Of a stretch of DNA of 64,000 nucleotides, positions 18,855 to 29,473 are shown one piece after another (positions within the stretch are counted from its first letter, which is position 1; every line of letters starts with the position of its first letter). The notes under the pieces were generated by a model. It was given only the letters and a program-made list of their open reading frames with translations, made no database searches and was not told where the DNA came from. The stretch comes from an uncultured delta proteobacterium (GTDB taxonomy: Bacteria; Desulfobacterota; Desulfobacteria; Desulfobacterales; QNYZ01), in NCBI GenBank assembly GCA_963845145.1, contig CAWJQU010000008.1:384001-448000 (forward strand), in the 5' to 3' direction. A program made the translations under genes and the position numbers.

Positions 18855-20156
18855 CTAAAAATAAGTCCGCTGATTTCTTTTGATTTCGGCCGCACGCCCA
18901 TATGTAATACCGGCCTTTTCGGCAAACTCTGGCCACTGACGCACAGTGTCAACCATATGATCGACCATCTCGTTGGCACGCGTCTTTTTTATACCTGCCA
19001 CTTGGGCCAGGCTGATCAAATCGTTGCGCTCAAATTTGTCACGCTTGCCGTTAACACTCATCTGATGCCGATTCGTCCAAGCGCCTTTAGGGTCCCACGC
19101 ATAAGAGATATCAAATGCCGGGGACAATCGCCATCTTCCTCGACGATCCATCAGAAAAGCGATATTTTTGACGTGATCGTCGTGATTGCGCCCCACCACA
19201 TTGAACATGGCACGCATCACCTGTTGATCCAGATCCTCCCGGGGCAGCCCCAATCGCTTGATCACCTGAATGGCTTGCTCGTAAGAATACCCTCCCGGCT
19301 GATTGTAATCGTAGTGGGCCATGGCACCCAGAGATTGCATGTGCCGTTTGCCGCCCGTATCTGTCCGATCGAATCGTCGTGTCATGAAGTGGCTGCGGCC
19401 ACCTTCATGGTGGAGTCGACAGGGCGTCATTTTAATTCCGGCTTGAACGGCCATTAAGTGGTAGGCATACTCTATCTTTCCATACCCTTTGGGATCGGCC
19501 AGCTCTTTGTCTCGGTTATTGGAAATACCGTCAAATTTCATCAGCCAATGCTCAAAGCCGGCGTCCACCTCAACTTGGCCGGAACGAAATTCGTTGGTTT
19601 CAGGATGCCAGGCAAGAATCGCCTTGGCCCTGGCACCCCCGGCCGAGGTGCCGACCCGAAGAATATCCTCGATCACTTCCCGGTCATCACGACCGGTAAA
19701 AACACCGCCCAGCCCGACCCGTTCGTCAAGTATCCGATTGACTAAATTAACCAACTTGGACACTTCAACCGCCCGTGTACTGGTGGGGGGACCAAGGGTG
19801 GCCGGTTCAAACTCAAGCGCCCCCATGCCCCGACGGCCGGTGTAACAAAGACGCTCCACCGGGTGGAAACTATCCGCCGTTCGACCTTGCGAGGCCAGCC
19901 AGGCATCAATGACCGCATTGCCGAATTTGTCCGGCAAAGAATCAGCTAGCAACCCGGGTAGTCCTTTGAATGTATTTCTCGCCAGCGCAGGAAACTCGAA
20001 GGGAAATTCACCCAATGGCATCATGATCGGCGCCAATTGGATACCGCTGCCTAGAAAATCGGGCGCGTATTGGAAAACGCCGACTTCCCGGACTTCCAAC
20101 CAAGACACAGCACCGATCACGCTACCCCATAGAAGGATGCGCGCATCATTATTCAT
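18855..20156 (-). CDS. hipA: HipA-family kinase toxin
   Basis: DSLPDKFG, GTSAGGARAK, HFMTRRFDR, NHDDHVKN, LSPAFD; start overlaps the upstream XRE gene stop. Confidence 0.9.
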   Translation of the reverse strand: MNNDARILLWGSVIGAVSWLEVREVGVFQYAPDFLGSGIQLAPIMMPLGEFPFEFPALARNTFKGLPGLLADSLPDKFGNAVIDAWLASQGRTADSFHPVERLCYTGRRGMGALEFEPATLGPPTSTRAVEVSKLVNLVNRILDERVGLGGVFTGRDDREVIEDILRVGTSAGGARAKAILAWHPETNEFRSGQVEVDAGFEHWLMKFDGISNNRDKELADPKGYGKIEYAYHLMAVQAGIKMTPCRLHHEGGRSHFMTRRFDRTDTGGKRHMQSLGAMAHYDYNQPGGYSYEQAIQVIKRLGLPREDLDQQVMRAMFNVVGRNHDDHVKNIAFLMDRRGRWRLSPAFDISYAWDPKGAWTNRHQMSVNGKRDKFERNDLISLAQVAGIKKTRANEMVDHMVDTVRQWPEFAEKAGITYGRAAEIKRNQRTYF

Positions 20157-20520
20157 CGTCATCTCCGCCATCGCCCCAGGACCAGACGGCGGCAGTTTTA
20201 TTTCCGGATGAAACCGGACGTGCGCGTTTGCGCTCATTACCGCGGATGTTGACCCGTTCAACCGGCCGTACGGTCGGATCCGGCAGCAATGCTTCGAGAT
20301 TTTGCTGAATACCCAGCGCGGTGAGAACCCGAATAAAGGTATCCATGGAGATCCCCTCGCCTTTCCCAAGCCGGCCAATGGTTCTTACCGAAACACCGGC
20401 TTCGTTGGCGAGTTGTACCTGGGTCATGTTGCGAGATAGCCGTATGTTTTCCAGCCGCCGACAAAGGGCCGCTTCGATCTGGTGGCTGGTTGCCATATAA
20501 AAATCGATTCTATAAGACAT
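20149..20520 (-). CDS. HipB-like XRE antitoxin
   Basis: RLSRNMTQVQLANEAGVSVRTIGRL HTH; overlaps hipA. Confidence 0.85.
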   Translation of the reverse strand: MSYRIDFYMATSHQIEAALCRRLENIRLSRNMTQVQLANEAGVSVRTIGRLGKGEGISMDTFIRVLTALGIQQNLEALLPDPTVRPVERVNIRGNERKRARPVSSGNKTAAVWSWGDGGDDDE

Positions 20521-20691
20521 ATTTTACCTATTAACTCCATGAAACTTAATTTTTCTGCAATATATTGCTTATTAAGTTTTAAAGTCAACAATAAATTCTT
20601 AATCGGCAATATTTGGCGTATTATAAATTTATAATGGAATAATTCAGTAAAATATTACTGGTTATTAATTAGAATCAAATATGAAAGCGCA

Positions 20692-22236
20692 TTACCAGTC
20701 AATGGGGAAATAGTCTTTTAAAAATTTACCGCACCAGTGTTTACCGGTATTAATACCATCAAAAAATGGATCGCACACCCGCGCGGCACCATCAACGATA
20801 TCTAAAGGCGGTTGAAAATCATGCAGGTCTTGTTTGCGTTTAGATAAATGAGCCGGGTCTTCATCGGTTACCCACCCGGTATCCACCGCATTCATGAAAA
20901 TCCCGTGATTTGCCAACTCACTGGCCGAAGTATGGGTCAACATGTTGAGCGCCGCTTTAGCCATATTGGTATGGGGATGACGCTCGCCTTTTTTAAAGCG
21001 TAAAAACTTTCCCTCCATGGCAGAGACATTAACAATATGTTTTTGACCGGTATGATCTTTTTTCATTAACGGTGCCAGTCTATTGCACAACACAAACGGT
21101 GCAACAGCATTAATTAACTGTATTTCAAGCATTTCTGTGGTTTCAATTTCACCGAGTTTTAACCGCCAACTGTTGGTTTTCCTTAAATCAACCTGTTGCA
21201 GGTCGACGTCCAATTCCCCTTTTGGAAAAACATCAGATGCGGGCAACGTGTTGTCATAAGCATAGGGTATTTGAGATAGCTGGGCGGACGCCCTTAATCC
21301 TATGCCCGGTAATTTTCCATGCCATGTAACGGGGAGAGCTGACCCAGATTCCATATCGGATATGGCCAAAGCGTTTAATTTGTCGGTACATGTTTGATAG
21401 TTTATTAGCAGTTTTTGAACATTCTCGGGAAACGCATGTAAGGCTTTCGACTCACCATCCATCAAATGGGCATAGAACCCTGGCGGGCGACGGACGGTCT
21501 GGGCCGCATTATTGATCAAAAGGTCCAGGCGCTTAAAGGTTTGGGCGATATGGCTGCAAAATATCTCCACACTGGGGGTATGCCTTAAATCCAATCCATA
21601 AATATGTAATCGGTCCCCCCAATCGCTAAAGTCCTTTTCTTTAGAGTACCTTGAGGCCGAATCTTTAGGAAAACGTGTTGTTGCAATAACGGTCGCACCG
21701 GACCTTAGCATCATTAAGGTTGCCTGATACCCAATTTTCAGACGTGACCCGGTTATCAAAGCAACCTGTCCCTTCAAGTCTGCCGCCTGAAAACGCTTTT
21801 TATAGTTTAGTTTGGCACAATCGGGGCACATTGTGTCATAAAAAAAATGCAACTCGGTAAACTCAGCCTTACAAACATAACAATTTCGGGGTGATTGTAA
21901 GACCAATGGTTTCTTTTTTGGCTCAGTGATATCCGGAAGTTGCAGCGGTGCCGTAAATACAGTCGCTTCCCTGGCTTGGCGAATTCCGGTTGCCGCCCTC
22001 GCCTTTTGGCCTAACGAAAAAGCCTGATCTCTTTTCCTTTTACGAATGGCTTTATTGCGTCGTTTTATTCGATAACGATCCGGTCGGGATAGCTGCCCCG
22101 CAATTTTTGTCAGCTCTATCTGTTTCTTTTTTGGTAAGGCGACAAATTCCTCATCATTATTGACGAGATCGGTGAGTATGCGAATGCAATGATCTACTTC
22201 ATCTACGGTATCGCGTGATTTTTGATCTGTTTCCAA
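20692..22236 (-). CDS. SDR-family oxidoreductase with N-terminal extension carrying CxxC...CxxC
   Basis: [40 protein letters not shown]...CPDC. Confidence 0.85.
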   Translation of the reverse strand: METDQKSRDTVDEVDHCIRILTDLVNNDEEFVALPKKKQIELTKIAGQLSRPDRYRIKRRNKAIRKRKRDQAFSLGQKARAATGIRQAREATVFTAPLQLPDITEPKKKPLVLQSPRNCYVCKAEFTELHFFYDTMCPDCAKLNYKKRFQAADLKGQVALITGSRLKIGYQATLMMLRSGATVIATTRFPKDSASRYSKEKDFSDWGDRLHIYGLDLRHTPSVEIFCSHIAQTFKRLDLLINNAAQTVRRPPGFYAHLMDGESKALHAFPENVQKLLINYQTCTDKLNALAISDMESGSALPVTWHGKLPGIGLRASAQLSQIPYAYDNTLPASDVFPKGELDVDLQQVDLRKTNSWRLKLGEIETTEMLEIQLINAVAPFVLCNRLAPLMKKDHTGQKHIVNVSAMEGKFLRFKKGERHPHTNMAKAALNMLTHTSASELANHGIFMNAVDTGWVTDEDPAHLSKRKQDLHDFQPPLDIVDGAARVCDPFFDGINTGKHWCGKFLKDYFPIDW

Positions 22237-22301
22237 GTTCGATTCCCTTAATTACCCAATTAGGTGCCAATCACGCATGATGCACGCTCCAATGGTCCGG
22301 T

Positions 22302-22838
22302 TCATTTTTGCGACCTGCCTTTTACCCCGGCTTTCATCATATTGGAAACGACAAGGTGGTGAAACGGACGAATGATATTGAAATACACCGGCCCGGTCCA
22401 ATGAAGGTATTTCACCGATGTAAACACCTGATACCGCGTACGGCGGTTTCCGATATCCTCGGCCACGACACCTAAATAGGCCGATAGGTGCTTATCTTCC
22501 GGCGTCACCGCCACCCAATAAGCATTCTCTTTAGCGGCGGTAACAATAAAAAAAGAGGCGTTCTCGCCCGGAATAAAAGCGAGCGTCTCTGGCGCTATGA
22601 CTGGTAGAATCTCCGGCTTTTCATGCTTGACCAGCCCGAGAAGATTCACAAGGAGTTCTCTAACGCTATACAGAGCGACAATCCACCAAGGGTAATAAGA
22701 GAGCATCCCCGCGATGAATTCTCGCAGGCCAACATCGCCTTCGATGGTTTTTACGTCAATATGATCGGCATCTTGAAAATAGCCGGCCAATTCACTGTGT
22801 TTTGAAACCAATTCATTGTGTTTTGAAATAGAGTTCAT
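22302..22838 (-). CDS. DUF2867-like protein
   Basis: DKHL...YFNIIRPFHHLVV motif. Confidence 0.7.
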   Translation of the reverse strand: MNSISKHNELVSKHSELAGYFQDADHIDVKTIEGDVGLREFIAGMLSYYPWWIVALYSVRELLVNLLGLVKHEKPEILPVIAPETLAFIPGENASFFIVTAAKENAYWVAVTPEDKHLSAYLGVVAEDIGNRRTRYQVFTSVKYLHWTGPVYFNIIRPFHHLVVSNMMKAGVKGRSQK

Positions 22839-23020
22839 CGATTTTAAGAGAAAGTATCTTCCCCCTTTTGATGTTGAGGTTACAGTTCCAAGGACAAAAT
22901 GTGATACCTATCACCCATTTTCCTTAATTTAAACATCCGCACGCCATCTTTTTGAAAAGGCCATCGCTTTTTAAGCGGATTATCCCAATCCGGCATGGCG
23001 TGATACCTGAATTGTATTAT

Positions 23021-23085
23021 CCATTCTCATCCATTCTCGTCCATTCTCATCCATTCTCATCCATTCTCATCCATTCTCATCCATT
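23021..23085. repeat. 10-bp tandem repeat CCATTCTCAT x6.5
   Basis: Six full units (one CCATTCTCGT) plus CCATT. Confidence 0.95.
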
Positions 23086-23130
23086 GCAAACCCGATTCCA
23101 AGCCGAATGCAAACCCGATTCCAAGCCGAA
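23085..23130. repeat. 23-bp direct repeat x2; each copy holds a minus-strand sigma54-like motif
   Basis: TGCAAACCCGATTCCAAGCCGAA twice; reverse complement contains TGGAAT-CGGGT-TTGCA. Confidence 0.85.
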
Positions 23131-23341
23131 ATTTGCATCCTGGTATTTTAATTCCTATATTGAATCACGTAATTGTGATAAGATTGGAAAAGTGTCCGAA
23201 TCGGCCTTAATAGCCGGCAAGGAAATGTTCGGTCCGCCTCTGGTGGAACCGCAAATGAACTTTGGGCTAAATAGCCCTTAGTGACATCACTGAATGTCGA
23301 ATGTTTTGATCTTCAATTTGATTTTAGAAAGGAGTATCTTC

Positions 23342-24151
23342 ATGGTAGATCCTGTAAAAATTCTGGGTTCATTGTTGGCTGGTGGTGGTTTGTCCAAAGG
23401 GTCCGGTGAGTCGCTGTTAAAGACAATACTGGGAGCCGCAACCGGTGGTTCTCAATCTCGAGGCGGTGGCGGATTGGGTGATTTATTAGGAAGCGTACTA
23501 AGCGGTGGTAAATCAAGCTCCCGTGGTCGGTCCGGTGGCGGGCTCGGCAGCATTTTAGGTAGTGTTCTCGGGGGAGGCAAGTCCAGTCAGCCTTCCGGTG
23601 GAGGATTGGGAGACCTGTTGGGCGGTCTGCTGGGTGGTGGTGGCTCCAGTAGCACGCAATCCGGTGGGGGGGGCTTTGACCTCGGCGGTTTGCTCGGTGC
23701 AGCCTTAAATCAATTTGCACACAAAGAAAAGGCGGCTCAAACCAGCACGCAGCCGAGAAGCTTTGAGGAGCATTCACCGGGCATGAATTACAACGAAGCC
23801 AGTGATCAGGCAACCCTGATGATTCGAGCCATGGTGAATGCCGCCAAGGCTGATGGTCGGGTTGATGAAAAGGAACAAGAAAAAATTCTGGGGAAATTGG
23901 GAGATGTAACCCAGGATGAAATCGATTTTGTACGCAACGAACTGGCCCAGCCCCTCGACGTGAATGGTTTCGTACGTAGTATCCCACGCGGTATGGGCAA
24001 TCAGATATATGTCATGTCTTTGATGGCGATTGATCTGGACACCAACCCGGAGGCCAAATACTTGCACGAATTGGCTCAGGGCCTGGGTATTTCGCAGCAA
24101 GATGCGAATCAAATCCACTCGCAACTGGGCGCGCCGGCGCTTTATTCCTGA
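23342..24151 (+). CDS. DUF533/TerB-like protein with Gly-rich N-terminus
   Basis: GGLGDLLG repeats; IRAMVNAAKADG, SLMAIDLDT, YLHELAQGLG. Confidence 0.8.
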   Translation: MVDPVKILGSLLAGGGLSKGSGESLLKTILGAATGGSQSRGGGGLGDLLGSVLSGGKSSSRGRSGGGLGSILGSVLGGGKSSQPSGGGLGDLLGGLLGGGGSSSTQSGGGGFDLGGLLGAALNQFAHKEKAAQTSTQPRSFEEHSPGMNYNEASDQATLMIRAMVNAAKADGRVDEKEQEKILGKLGDVTQDEIDFVRNELAQPLDVNGFVRSIPRGMGNQIYVMSLMAIDLDTNPEAKYLHELAQGLGISQQDANQIHSQLGAPALYS

Positions 24152-24366
24152 TCCATGGAACAAAAGTCAGGAGACCGCGAATATCATTGAAATGTTATTG
24201 GCGGGTTTACTTTCATTCAACTCGTATCCGGGGGCGCAACCCAAAGCGTTGCCACCCCCGGATGTGGCTTAAGATTCTTATCATCGCGTGGTGCGGTTCA
24301 GCACCCTTTTTTCACTTTTCTCTACAGGCATATCTTTTTGGGTAATGCGGATTCCACCCGCAAAAA

Positions 24367-25632
24367 TCAGATCACATCTTTCCCCAAAGCCATCTCACTA
24401 AACGCGCCAATCTCAGTCTGCAATTCATCGAACGCAGTCAACCCTTTTTTTAAGTGATCCGGGATCTCCTCATTAGCCGCACCCACGATCATACCCAAAA
24501 CCATACCGCGATGAACGTTATCGCCACCGGCATTGGCATTGGCAAGAAGCGCAGACTCTACTTCGATATTATGGGCTTTTGCAAAATACAAAAGCAGGGG
24601 CAATCCATGCTCCGGATAGCACGCCGTTGCAAATACCCGATTGATCACCCCCTGGTCCGAATCTTGCCGAATGAGTGGGTCCAGTTCGTATGGATCGTCG
24701 GCAAGAAGCGTGTGGAACTGCCACATTTTCCGTTTGGGAATATTCCCAGGGCCCTGGTGATCCCGGTAGGCCTCAAATAGTTGTTCACCGGTTATTTCAG
24801 GCGGGTGAATACGTTGGGCATAGTCGGATATCGCTTGATACGGCTCAATGCCGCTCAATAAGTCATGCAGAAGGGGCACCAGCACACCCAGACTACTGGT
24901 CACATTCTCCGACCGGTGGGTAAGATTTTGGTGTTCGACAGCCAACCCCAGCCCCTGATAGGCACTGCCGGCAATCATAGATATGACCAGGGGCCGAATG
25001 ATGCCGCCGTGGGAGCCGATGGACCACACATTGCGCTGCAATTCGGCGCAAGTGTGGCGGGGAAAACCGCGGGAGTAGTTTTCAAACCACCGTCGAATAT
25101 AGATTTCACAATACGGGTCGCGGTTTTTACCAGGGGTGGTCATATGCGCAATGAAATCTTCTAAGAAAATGTCTGGATCGTAGCGACCGCCACGAATCAC
25201 CGAACGCATCAACACGCGTACAAGTTGAGCGCCCAGGGTGTTTTCACCGGCTTTGAGGCCGTGGTGATAGTGATAGCGGTCCGAGAGTTTGGGAACAGCG
25301 TTTCCATGGGCCTTTTCACGTTCGGTGCTACTTATTTCAAGCCTGCTGTAGCTGGTATGGTAGAATCGGGCATGATCATGCAGAATATCGAAGTCTCTCC
25401 CCTGTTTCCGGGCGATTTCAACATCCGGATGATAGGCCATGCCCACCATGAAGCTTTCGAGATGGGGGTGGGGGGCTGCCTGGTAGCTGCGAAGGCCGCC
25501 GTCGAAGACGTTTCGGATATTGTCCACGTTGTAATACCAATGGGCAGGCATGGCCAAAGCGTCCCCGATGAAAAGGCCCCATAGTGCATTTTGAAGGCGC
25601 TTCGGATCGATTTTTACCTGTCGATTTGACAT
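24367..25632 (-). CDS. ADP-ribosylglycohydrolase family protein
   Basis: ALWGLFIGDALAMPAHW, NANAGGDNVHRG. Confidence 0.85.
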   Translation of the reverse strand: MSNRQVKIDPKRLQNALWGLFIGDALAMPAHWYYNVDNIRNVFDGGLRSYQAAPHPHLESFMVGMAYHPDVEIARKQGRDFDILHDHARFYHTSYSRLEISSTEREKAHGNAVPKLSDRYHYHHGLKAGENTLGAQLVRVLMRSVIRGGRYDPDIFLEDFIAHMTTPGKNRDPYCEIYIRRWFENYSRGFPRHTCAELQRNVWSIGSHGGIIRPLVISMIAGSAYQGLGLAVEHQNLTHRSENVTSSLGVLVPLLHDLLSGIEPYQAISDYAQRIHPPEITGEQLFEAYRDHQGPGNIPKRKMWQFHTLLADDPYELDPLIRQDSDQGVINRVFATACYPEHGLPLLLYFAKAHNIEVESALLANANAGGDNVHRGMVLGMIVGAANEEIPDHLKKGLTAFDELQTEIGAFSEMALGKDVI

Positions 25633-25786
25633 TATCTTTTACCTTTCAAGGGGTTAACCCTAGCGTTGCATAAAAATAGGGTTTTAACCTGCGCAGATCA
25701 GCGGAATTATGAGCACCATATGCCTGTCGCGATATACTAGGGCAGATGTCCTAAACGTAAGCGCATCTGTCCGTCATGAATGGTGA

Positions 25787-26719
25787 CTATTGAGCGGCAA
25801 CCATCCGGATTTGGAAGCTCAGTAAATCAAAAACCTTATGCATCCCCAGATGCTCAAAAAAACGGGTAGAGCCGTAAATGATTTTCCATCGGGTCCGATC
25901 AATATCGAAATGAGTCTCAAGGGCAATTGCACCCCCATCGATAAGAGATACGGTGGCATCAAATTCGATCTCGGCGGATACACCCCTCAGGTTTAAATCG
26001 CCTTTGACGTGAAAATTGGGGGTGGTTACCCACCCCGGTTCTATCCATTTGGCCTCTTTAAACGTAAATACCGCTTTGGGAAACAATTTGGTAAAGAAAA
26101 AATCATCCGATAGAAGATGCGCCTCCAACACCGGGTGCAACTCGTCGCCTTCTAAATTGATATTGTGTATCGTGCTCATATCGATTTCAACGGAACCGGT
26201 GATCGCATTATTCTCAATATCGATCCCCCCCATGGCAATATCCACAGTACCGAAATGGCGGATATTGGGATTCCGTCCGGCCCATTCCACTTCACTGGCA
26301 GCAGGATCGACCGTGAAGTGCCCATCCGGCAATGTCACCGTTGTCTGGGGGTCATCCTGGCTGTCAGGGGCCTCACCCTCAAGGGGAAATCCAGCCCCAT
26401 GCCACGCTTCCACTCCCCCTTCAAGAAATGATGTATTCTCGTATCCTGCCCGCGCCATCTTCTCAACGGCCATGGCAGCGTCATGGCTGCGCCCACTGGC
26501 ACCGTATACAATAACCGGCTGTTGTTTGTCCGGTGCAATCGTTGCCAGTTCTTCCAAAAAGGATACATGAAAAACGCATGCGTTATGGGCGCCGGGTATA
26601 TGGCGAGCAGCAAAATGTTCCGTGGATAAAAGATCAACAACAACCGCTTTGGGCTTTTCGGATAACATACCCTTCAGATTTTGAACGGTTAATGAATTTT
26701 GTTTAAATGTTGTATCCAA
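25787..26719 (-). CDS. Rhodanese-like + YceI fusion protein
   Basis: HIPGA and LEGGVEAW (rhodanese); HLLSDDFF, GDLNLRGV, IDRTRW (YceI). Active-site loop VYGASGRS lacks Cys. Confidence 0.85.
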   Translation of the reverse strand: MDTTFKQNSLTVQNLKGMLSEKPKAVVVDLLSTEHFAARHIPGAHNACVFHVSFLEELATIAPDKQQPVIVYGASGRSHDAAMAVEKMARAGYENTSFLEGGVEAWHGAGFPLEGEAPDSQDDPQTTVTLPDGHFTVDPAASEVEWAGRNPNIRHFGTVDIAMGGIDIENNAITGSVEIDMSTIHNINLEGDELHPVLEAHLLSDDFFFTKLFPKAVFTFKEAKWIEPGWVTTPNFHVKGDLNLRGVSAEIEFDATVSLIDGGAIALETHFDIDRTRWKIIYGSTRFFEHLGMHKVFDLLSFQIRMVAAQ

Positions 26720-26814
26720 AACAACTCCTTTCTTTTATCGATGGGCATCTTAATTATTCTCACAACCTATTCTCACACCTGGCGATGCCCCAAATCAGAC
26801 AAGAAAGCGCGCGC

Positions 26815-27312
26815 TCATTTTGTCAATAGGCTTTTATAATATTTCACAGCACTGAGCGCATCTTTGGCGACAAACCGACCTATTGCCCCGGTACTATAAA
26901 CTGCCATTTCGACCGAATTATTCGGTCTTACAATGAAGCCGGAAGCGTGCAGGTAGTTTTTCTCTTTTTCGTAAAAACTCCCTATTAATCGGGATACCTC
27001 TTCGGGGTCCAGGCCATAAGCCATGGGGTAGGTGATGCCGAGCTTATCTGAAAGTGCCAACGTCTTCTCCGCCGAATCCACGGATCCGGCAACCACTTTA
27101 ATCTCCTCGGCCTGGAATTCGGAATATGCTTCCTGGAAGTCAACCAACTGCTGACGACAATAGGGTCACCAATCGCCCCGATAAATAAGTAAGATGCCGT
27201 ATCGATCACCAAACCCCTCGGGTAGATTCAAAACGTCGCCGGATAAAAGTTTGAGTGCCAAATCAGGGAAAGGGCTATCAATATCCAAGAAGTGTGTATT
27301 TGCTTTTGTCAT
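26815..27312 (-). CDS. Peroxiredoxin-like (AhpC/TSA) predicted selenoprotein, UxxC (UGA at 27166-27168), 165 aa
   Basis: ATG 27312 with GAGG RBS; FPDLAL...LLIYRGDW-U-PYCRQQL runs in frame into ORF 26815..27147; hairpin GTCAGC-AGTTG-GTTGAC follows the UGA. Confidence 0.88.
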
Positions 27313-27408
27313 GACATGGTCCTCGCTTTGAGGTTTGTCATATATGTAAACACACGTTCGGTAATGTCAAAATTGTATTAGGGTTTTCACAATTATAGGG
27401 CAAGCCGC

Positions 27409-27582
27409 TATGAATTTTTTTCCTGAAAGATTTTTACCGATTTCCAAGTCTTTTGATACGCTTTTCTAATAATACCTGCACCGATACACCATTGGGAAAA
27501 CGGTCGTTAAGCCGCTTCATTTATCGCGTCCATAAACCACTCATGACGGTTTAAAATTTCAATCAGTTCTTTTTCCTGATTT
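27409..27582 (-). pseudogene. Remnant of DUF925-like nucleotidyltransferase
   Basis: ELIEILNRHEWFMDAINEAA*RPFSQWCIGAGIIRK, then an early end; internal stop and apparent large deletion. Confidence 0.45.
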
Positions 27583-27665
27583 CCTCTATTTCCTGATTGT
27601 ATCGTGGCTGTCTCCTTGGGAAATGTTAGTCTAAGCGTTTTACGCATATCTGGAAGTTTTTGATT

Positions 27666-28838
27666 CTACAGGATATTAATCGTTTTGATGTAAAATCGAC
27701 AGGCATCAAGAATTTGCGCCACATCACAACTTTCATTTCGCATGTGAGCCAGTTTACTATCTCCAGGGCCAAAACCGATAGTGGGGATTCCCATGCTGAC
27801 AGGGGTTACGGCATTGGTGCTAAAATCCCAGAATTCATAATCGGGCGGCTCATTTCCAAAAGTTTCCGTATAAGCGGCGATGCAGGCTTTTGTGAGGTCA
27901 TGGCTCAAGTCTATTTGCCATGCAGGGTGAAAGGGTTCATATTTTATTTTCATTCCCGTCCAACTTTCTCTGTGAAGCGTTCCCACTTCCCATGTGGCTT
28001 TTTTTCCCTCTATAAGTTGTTCAATTTCTAGTTTAATTAAATCTTCCGTTTCCCCAGGAACCATTCTCCGATCCAAATACACGTCACATTCAGACGGAAC
28101 GGCATTTAAAGAGGCGCTAGTGCTGGAAATTCGAGACATCACTAATGTTCCCTTTGGCCCCTTTTTTTCCATCAGTTCAAGGTTTTTCTGTTCTACCCGC
28201 TGAATTATTTCGGCCATTTCATAAATGGCATTAATCCCTTTTTCCGGTGCCGCGCCATGAGCGGAGACACCGTGGGTTTTAATAGCGATCTGAGCCTTTC
28301 CCTTATGACCCAATGCAATTTTGTTGTTCGATGGCTCACAAATTATCACATAGTTCGGCCTTAGGTGCAGTTCTTTAAACAAGTGCTTCAAATTCTCTCC
28401 ATCGCAATCTTCCTCAAAAACACTACAAGAGACATAAAGGGTCTTACCGGAAACCGATCCCAACGCTTTTGCCCTTACACCTGCGTAAATAGATGCAGCG
28501 GCACCCGATTTCATATCGACGGAACCCCGACCATGCAATCGCCCATTTACAATATCTCCACGGAATGGGGGAATAGCCCAGTTTTCCGCATCTTTTACCC
28601 CAACGGTATCGACATGCGCGTCAAACATGATCTTTTTATCGCCGTTGCCAATCCTGCCAACGACGTTTCCCATGGAATCAATGGTTACGTCGTCATAGCC
28701 AAGGGCGATCATTTTTTTCTCTATGAATTTAATGGCCGCTTCTTCCTGACCTGAAAAGCTTTTTATCCTGATCAGGTCTCGCGTAAATTCAATGAGTTCT
28801 TTTTCTAGTTCCGGTGTAAGTAAATCTGATGTTTTCAT
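27666..28838 (-). CDS. M20 metallo-hydrolase, YgeY-like
   Basis: DAHVDTV, GRGSVDMK, EEDCDG, EPS, WDFSTN, GFGPG, AH. Confidence 0.8.
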   Translation of the reverse strand: MKTSDLLTPELEKELIEFTRDLIRIKSFSGQEEAAIKFIEKKMIALGYDDVTIDSMGNVVGRIGNGDKKIMFDAHVDTVGVKDAENWAIPPFRGDIVNGRLHGRGSVDMKSGAAASIYAGVRAKALGSVSGKTLYVSCSVFEEDCDGENLKHLFKELHLRPNYVIICEPSNNKIALGHKGKAQIAIKTHGVSAHGAAPEKGINAIYEMAEIIQRVEQKNLELMEKKGPKGTLVMSRISSTSASLNAVPSECDVYLDRRMVPGETEDLIKLEIEQLIEGKKATWEVGTLHRESWTGMKIKYEPFHPAWQIDLSHDLTKACIAAYTETFGNEPPDYEFWDFSTNAVTPVSMGIPTIGFGPGDSKLAHMRNESCDVAQILDACRFYIKTINIL

Positions 28839-28903
28839 TAAGCCTCAGATGTATTTCACTGAATCTTTGAGTAAAACCTCAACCCTTTGCGCCAACCTTC
28901 GAA

Positions 28904-29395
28904 CTACAGGTCATACAAGGTTTCATCTTTTTTGGGCGGCAACCGGCGCTGGGCGGCTTTGCCTTTTTTGGTTGGGAGAATAAACGGATCTTCCCCTTCC
29001 AACAGATCACCCATTTGGGCTTCGATCTCGTCGGGATCTTCACCGTCTTTCATGCGTTGTAGCGCTTCCTGCATACCGGGCCCCATCTCCAGGCCCGTCA
29101 TGTTGGTGAGTTTTTCCATAAGGTTCGCGGCTTGACGGGGGTCATCTTCATCAATTTTCTCGGCTTCACTGGCCAAGACCTGCATGGCCTGTTCCATCTT
29201 GCTTTCATCAATGGGCAGATCATCCATGTCATCGTCTTCCTTGGCCCGGCCACCGATGGCAAACAAAGAGATTTCCCGTGAAAGGGTGCGGGTTTTACAC
29301 TTGGGACACTTGGGTTTTTTGGTGGTATTGATGGTGCGGGAGAAAAAGTTGAATATGGTATGGCAGTCATCACAGTAGAATTCATAAATCGGCAT
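28904..29395 (-). CDS. FmdB-family zinc-ribbon protein
   Basis: MPIYEFYCDDC...CPKC. Confidence 0.85.
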   Translation of the reverse strand: MPIYEFYCDDCHTIFNFFSRTINTTKKPKCPKCKTRTLSREISLFAIGGRAKEDDDMDDLPIDESKMEQAMQVLASEAEKIDEDDPRQAANLMEKLTNMTGLEMGPGMQEALQRMKDGEDPDEIEAQMGDLLEGEDPFILPTKKGKAAQRRLPPKKDETLYDL

Positions 29396-29473
29396 CTTTA
29401 ATTCCTTTCAAACATCTTACAATTATAAATCTTATAAAATATAGTGTAGGCGATTATGGTTGTCAATTCGGTC

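Noticed and set aside
23021..23130. CRISPR array
   Set aside because: Repeats are contiguous with no spacers, and no cas genes are in the window.
22952..23281. 109-aa ORF across the tandem repeats
   Set aside because: TTG start, no RBS, and repeat-derived low-complexity translation.
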